Shown here one piece after another: positions 57,341 to 64,000 of a DNA stretch of 64,000 nucleotides. Numbering within the stretch: the first letter of the stretch is position 1; every line of letters begins with the position of its first letter. The translations under genes were made by a program, and so were the position numbers. Where the stretch lies: positions 28,334,001-28,398,000 of the forward strand of contig CM022665.1 of assembly GCA_012295275.1 (NCBI GenBank). Reading direction: 5' to 3'. The notes under the pieces were generated by a model, which ran no database searches, was not told the origin of the DNA, and was given only the letters and a program-made list of their open reading frames with translations. Source of the stretch: Chrysomallon squamiferum. Its lineage: Eukaryota; Animalia; Mollusca.

Positions 57341-57836
57341 AATTGCTGCATTAAATTTAAAAAGATATCAATAAACTCGAACTGAACAGTTTACTAAACT
57401 AAACTAAACGTAACAAAACTAAAGTAAAATTAAAATTAAAATTAAAATTAAAACTGCATTAAATTTAAAAAGATATCAACAAATTCGAATTGAACAGTTT
57501 ACTAAACCAAACTAAACTAAACTAAACTAAAGTAAACTTTAAAAACTAAAATTAAAATTAAAATTGCATTAAATTTAAAAAGATATCAACAAATTCGAAT
57601 TGAACAGTTTACTAAACCAAACTAAACTAAACTAAACTAAAGTAAACTTTAAAAACTAAAATTAAAATTAAAATTGCATTAAATTTAAAAAGATATCAAC
57701 AAATTCGAATTGAACAGTTTACTAAACCAAACTAAACTAAACTAAACTAAAGTAAACTTTAAAATTAAAATTAAAATTAAAATTAAAATTGCATTAAATG
57801 TAAAAAGATATCAACAAATTCGAATTGAACAGTTTA
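57341..57836. repeat. AT-rich minisatellite, ~110-bp unit, about 4.5 copies
   Basis: Unit core gcattaaatttaaaaagatatcaacaaattcgaattgaacagtttactaaac recurs near 57348, 57456, 57566, 57676 and 57791. Confidence 0.93.
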
Positions 57837-58057
57837 TGGATCAATGTGAAAATTGTACCCGTTGTTCCCGTTGTGTATCGACATTACTTATCCAATTAAA
57901 ACTATTTTTTTTTGGAATGTTTCTTGATTACATATATAATTAACTATACACGCGCCCATATCAGTGTATTTTTCTCTCTATGCAATTAAGCTAATGTCTT
58001 TCTAATTTACTACTCCAAAATAAATAAATAAATATAATAGATAGATAGATAGATAGA

Positions 58058-58088
<31 letters not shown>

Positions 58089-58259
58089 ATATAATAGATA
58101 GATAAATAAATAAATAAATAAATATAATAGATAAATAAATAAATAAACTAATAAATGAAATAAAGTAAAATAAAAAAATTAATTAATTAAATAAAGTAAA
58201 ATAAATAAAAAGAATCATTATTTTATTGTAATTGTTCTGTACAAACAAATACATATCCA

Positions 58260-58322
<63 letters not shown>

Positions 58323-58626
58323 TATATTACATAATCACAGATATTAACAAAGGTAGGACCAAAGAATAATTAAAACGGGAAATAATGTATGGATGCTTGA
58401 AAAAATGGAACGTGTGAGTTTGTATGTATATGTGTATGTATATATTAATCATTTAATGTATTTATGTATTTGTTTGTTTGTGTATGTGTGTGTATGTGTT
58501 TGTGTATGTGTTTGTGTATGTATGTGTGTATATTATGAATGTGCCTGTATGTGTCTGTGTGTTAGTGTGTGTGTGTGTGTGTCTGTGTGTGTGTATCGGA
58601 ATGTATGTAATAATCAACCTGTGTTA

Positions 58627-58660
<34 letters not shown>

Positions 58661-58877
58661 CATTTGGATGTTCAGTTTGTCATTTTTACAACTTAATTCT
58701 TCATGTATTTACTCTGTAAATATCCCCGCCCATTACACTGAGGTAATTTGACAAAACTATGCTCTTTGTTACGTGTTTGTTTGTAGAGATGTCAATATTT
58801 ATATTATTATTACATTTTTAATGGTAAAACATACACGAACAGAAATTATATGCGAATGTGTCTCAGTGTTAGTGTAT

Positions 58878-58953
<76 letters not shown>

Positions 58954-58973
58954 CTATGGGTACACATTTTTTT

Positions 58974-59004
<31 letters not shown>

Positions 59005-59583
59005 TAAGTAGACATTTAAGAAGTCCTTTCTTGTAGATTTCTAATTTAGAATTTTAAAGTTAAAGTTTTGGGTGTGGTTTATATCTCTGAAGTTATGTTT
59101 CCTTCCTTGTTTTTGTTTTTGCTGACGAAACTCTGAAAGTCGAGGTTATCAAGGGCATTTAACTATAATCTTTATTATGTCGATAAGAAAGTTATCTGGA
59201 TTAAGAATATTTCAAGTCGCAAAAAGTCGGCTGCCATAACAGGCTTGCCTCCCCCGCAAAATATCTGCAGCGTTTATTCAGTTCTAAATTTAGCAAACTG
59301 GTAATAGTTATGTTTGGAACAGTCGGTAATTTTCGTAGTTGTTCGGATATTCCCGATGACTGTATGGAACAGATTAGATCCAGATTGGAAATACTACTTT
59401 CTCTGTTTCTCAAGTTTATATTGATGTAATTTATAATTAAATTAAGCAAATTAAGCACTTTTACTTTCTGTTTTTATGTCTGAGTTATATATAATTAAAT
59501 CTGGCTAACATTTTACGAATGTTTTAAATTATTCGTTATAATTACACGACAATTCAGCTCAGTGCATTTTTGTCTTTGGTGTT

Positions 59584-59677
<94 letters not shown>

Positions 59678-60938
59678 ATTCAGACACATATTATTCAGAC
59701 AGAAATACCGGAAAAAAAAAAAGAAAAAAAAAAATTCCCTCTTAATTATTAGGAAATAAGAATATATACGTCATTATATAATTAATTTAATCAGCAAGAA
59801 CTGTTTATAATTAATATAAATATTAGCACTTGATATTGATTGATTAGAAAAATAAAGATGACGTATATTTAACGTCCCCGCGGTTTCTTATTAACGAAAT
59901 AATATTGATGACATGTCAAAAGTATTACTTTTTTTATTATTATTTTTTTTTAATTTTCATATCGTCATAAAAACGTATATACGTCATTATTTCATCGTTT
60001 TAATCAAACCTTTGGGCACTTCAGGTTCCAACCAGCACGCGTGCCTCGTATGTTAGGACTATGCTCTAACAGTTATTATCTAATCGCTATATTAAAGTCC
60101 ATGGCAATACACAAAACCTTATAAAATTGTTAGAGTGAATAATTTCATCTTTTCACCATTTTAATTTTGCACCCTATTTTGTACCTGGTTTTCCGTATGT
60201 TTATAATTTTGTATCTGAGGTCGTAATTAATAGCGTGTGTCTGTGTGCGTGTGTGTATATGTATGTATGCAGTGTTTGTGTTTGTGGGGGGGGTGTTTGT
60301 GTGTGTATGTGTGTGTGAAAAAGAGAGTGAGAGAGATAGTTTATATTTTGATCTATATTTTACGGTTCAGATTTCTAACTGTAATGTCGTCATCTCTTTA
60401 ATTAAATATTTATATGTCATCATCACCATAACTATTATAATTATTATTATCTTCGTAATCATCATCATCATCATCATCATCATTAATATCATCATCATCG
60501 CCATTGTCGTTATCATCATATTCAGTAACATAACGATTATCATCATCTTCATCATCATCGTCATCCTAATCCTTATTATTAATTCAGTGAAAAGTATCGA
60601 CGTCTGAATATAGACTCGGATACAAAAATCACTTCGTGGAAACGTTTAACCTACTTGTAACATAAACCTTTGTAATAAAAATACCAAACCGCTTTTACAG
60701 CTGTATCACGACTCTGTTTAAATTTAGAAGCTAGTGGCACACGAGTTCGACAGATGTTTCACGCGTTCGATTAGGATTCTACGTTCCACACAAATTACGT
60801 AACGTCGCGCCGTATGTAACTAAGTAAGTAAGTAAGTAAGTAAGTGTACGTGGATGTAGGTATATGTGCAAGATACACTTTGAGAACAAGGTCGCAGATG
60901 CATGACTCATTGTCACGTGATCCTTCCGTAATTTCTTT

Positions 60939-60971
<33 letters not shown>

Positions 60972-61266
60972 TGGTAAATTTAGAACAGAAAAAAAAAAAA
61001 AAAAAAACACGTAAAAAAACACCAACAAACCAAAACAAACAAAAATTGTTTTATTTTTTATTTGTTGTGGTTCAAGGTAATACGAAACATTAACTGTCTC
61101 GATACTGTTGTAGCGAAGGCCATCAATCAGACGTACGAACAGACGATCGGATGCACCGATGATTACTCGTTAAGTGTCACCCCAGAGGGACAGAACATAC
61201 ATTTAAAACAGAGCAGACAGCCAAGTGTGTTTCTTTCTTTATTATCATTGTTGCTGTTTGTTTTGC

Positions 61267-61377
<111 letters not shown>

Positions 61378-61820
61378 CATATGTATATGTTTAAGTATGA
61401 ATTTACGTGTTTTACACTAACATTTTGCAGAGGCGATTTAAAAAAAAAAAAAATTCTAACTGCCGTCAGTCTCGTGTAAACCAGGTCATCACATCTATAT
61501 ATTATTTGTTATTGGTTATGCATCAAATAGCGCTTTATGCGCATTAACGTCATATTTTATTTCTTCCTTTCCTATTTTTACTTATATCGTATTTCACCTT
61601 CAAGCAGAGTTTATCTACTTTACGTCATTACCTGTCGCCCTGACGTGCAGATATGCAGTTTACATAGATACTCATCTTACCACCGTCACTGCATAAAGAA
61701 TGAATGAATGAATATACATGTTTGCATGAGGAAAAAAAATACAAATTTCTCAAAGATGATGATAATCATGATGATGATGATAATGATGGCGATGAACATA
61801 ATAAACCAGTGTATTTTATA

Positions 61821-61883
<63 letters not shown>

Positions 61884-64000
61884 TGTGTGTATGTGAGACT
61901 GAATCAAAAATTTCATTTTGAAACTGTAGCGTATCAAATCCTACTAACAACGGCTAAACATGATAGTATCTGTCTAAACAATATGTAAACAACCTGTTGA
62001 AGGATATGTAAATCGTGTCTACTGTTTAATGAAATATTTTCTATCACGGATGTGCACGAAAGAGAACCGAACTCGACGACAATAATACTATTTGTGTTCT
62101 TTTAGTCAATGATTCGTTGTCTTCTCGTCTGGTTTCTTTTCTTTCACGATATCCTGTCTTTATTCTCCTACATCACCTGCCTGTTTCGGGGAATAAAGAA
62201 GATTATTATTTGAGAGAGGATCCTGGTTTGAATCAGAGCTTAACATCAAACATACTCTTCAAACACTTTGTCATTTGTGGTGTAAGTTAAGTTCAAATCA
62301 GGATGATTTACAGATAGCAAACAGGGATCTGTTTGGGATATTTGTAGCATGTTAGTGCATTTATGAATGACGCTAGTCTAAGACAGAATTCAATACAGAA
62401 GTCAATGCACGCGACTTCTGCAGTTATTTAATGCTCATTCGAAATGTTAAAAATATAGATATCAAAATCATTTACTTTCTGCATCAAGAACATCAGTTAT
62501 TATTACTACTACTTCTACTACTACTACTACTTCTGCTACAACTACAACTATTATTACTAATATTGCTACTACTACTACTATCATAATTATTAGAATTATT
62601 CTGAGATTTGTGTCATAAAACCTTTCACATTTTGTGATTTATAATTTCTCTTTAAATATAACTTTTACCTACTATCACGACTACAGTAATGTTTGCCCGC
62701 TTTTAGATATGCTAAGCTTGTGTAAATTACATATTCTAACTTCAAAGACCATACTTTATTATTGTAACACTTATTTACAAAGAAAACCACTACAATCAAC
62801 GTACATTCCCAGAATTCTTTTTCTAATTTTTATTGTCCGTTACAGACTCATAAAGACAGTAATTTTTCTTCAGGGAATGAAATATTTTCAGATATAGGAC
62901 TTTACGATTTGTTTTATTGCTGTGTTGCTGGGTTATACAAGGTTCCACATTACTGCCCATCTCGTTTCACTGATATATTTAAAATATATGTCAGAAATAT
63001 ATTTAGCATACATTTTTGTGGTATGGTCATGCTTCTTGAAGACTGGAGTTATAAAAGGTTCTATATTTCTACCAATTATTTATAAGCATATTTAACATAA
63101 TTATATATAAATAATAGTTTCTAGTACAGTTGTCAAGCCATCACTTTGAGACAAGAGTTCCCATTGTTTATCTAAAATATATAAAACATATATCAAGACA
63201 TTTGATATTGTTTTATCCTCGTTCGACTAACTAACCTGATAACAATACCAATAATAATATGTTTTGTGAAGACAATGCACGCTGTAATGGATGGTTATGT
63301 ATAACTGAATTAAATTAAAAATCTCTATACTCTTTATCAGCAAATATCAGTTTAGTGCTATCTAATATGCAGACATTAGGCTGTTAGATATAGTAAATGC
63401 TACTCATTATGTAACGTGTGAGATACTAATCATTTTATTTTAGTGTCAGCAGATAGTTACAAAGCTGCTATATATGACAACACAACAGCAAATACGTACA
63501 CGTTGTTACATGATAAACAAGACATTATTGACTCCTGTAATTATATTGATAACATTAGCAAATGCGTTATGTAGTAAATCTGTACTGAATGCAAATACCT
63601 ATACAGTGCAATGCAACAGAGATATCAGACCATTTATCCGGGAGGCCTAAAAAACTGGAGGTGACCAAGATTTCTTTTCTGGTTAACCGGACCTAGGCTT
63701 AATATATACTTAAAATAAACAATGAAAAGTAAAGAACGAGACTGCATGTAGACAGGCTCAAATTAATACACTTATAAGGACCGTTTTTTTTTTCTTTCTT
63801 TCTTTTTTTTTTTTTTTTTTTTTTTTGAAAGCCGGATATGTTGTCTGAGTTCTGGTTGGAACAGAAAATAGTCTATTCAGAATAACATGGAGGATTTAGC
63901 CTCCAATTATATGTCTGGCCAGGGCTCCACCATTCATCTGCTATGTTAACGTAGATTAATCTCTCTTTTGATAACATTAGTTAATGTATACAGAGCGCTA

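Noticed and set aside
57341-57836. CRISPR-like array
   Set aside because: Eukaryotic DNA; the units are contiguous near-identical repeats without unique spacers, and there are no cas genes.

Overview
Eukaryotic genomic DNA: AT-rich, intron-containing and dense in microsatellites. The Fos sequence and repeat landscape suggest a lophotrochozoan, probably a mollusc (inference). Almost all ORFs in the supplied track are microsatellite artefacts. The real content is a tandem, co-oriented, minus-strand cluster of five Fos/ATF3-family bZIP genes, which I assembled by hand from splice sites. In transcription order: G1 is a canonical Fos (55883-52045, 331 aa) with what appear to be three alternative in-frame first exons. 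G2 (35903-34354, 211 aa), G4 (15566-12247, 148 aa) and G5 (6353-4053, 224 aa) are ATF3-like and carry the ATF3 N-terminal LTPxxKxELxxxIQxxRL motif. G3 (24828-21395, 190 aa) is a divergent member. All five share the phase-0/phase-0 basic-region exon (102-111 nt). They differ at the DNA-contacting, redox-sensitive Cys position (C, C, Y, H, F) and at key zipper positions. The candidate promoters carry different stress or immediate-early motif sets (CArG/CRE/AP-1; CRE/MEF2; p53/kB; CARE/MEF2/kB). The window also holds a hAT-Charlie-type MITE, two Tigger-like MITE copies, a ~110-bp minisatellite and very long microsatellites. Gene models and motifs are hand-derived and need RNA-seq and phylogenetic confirmation.
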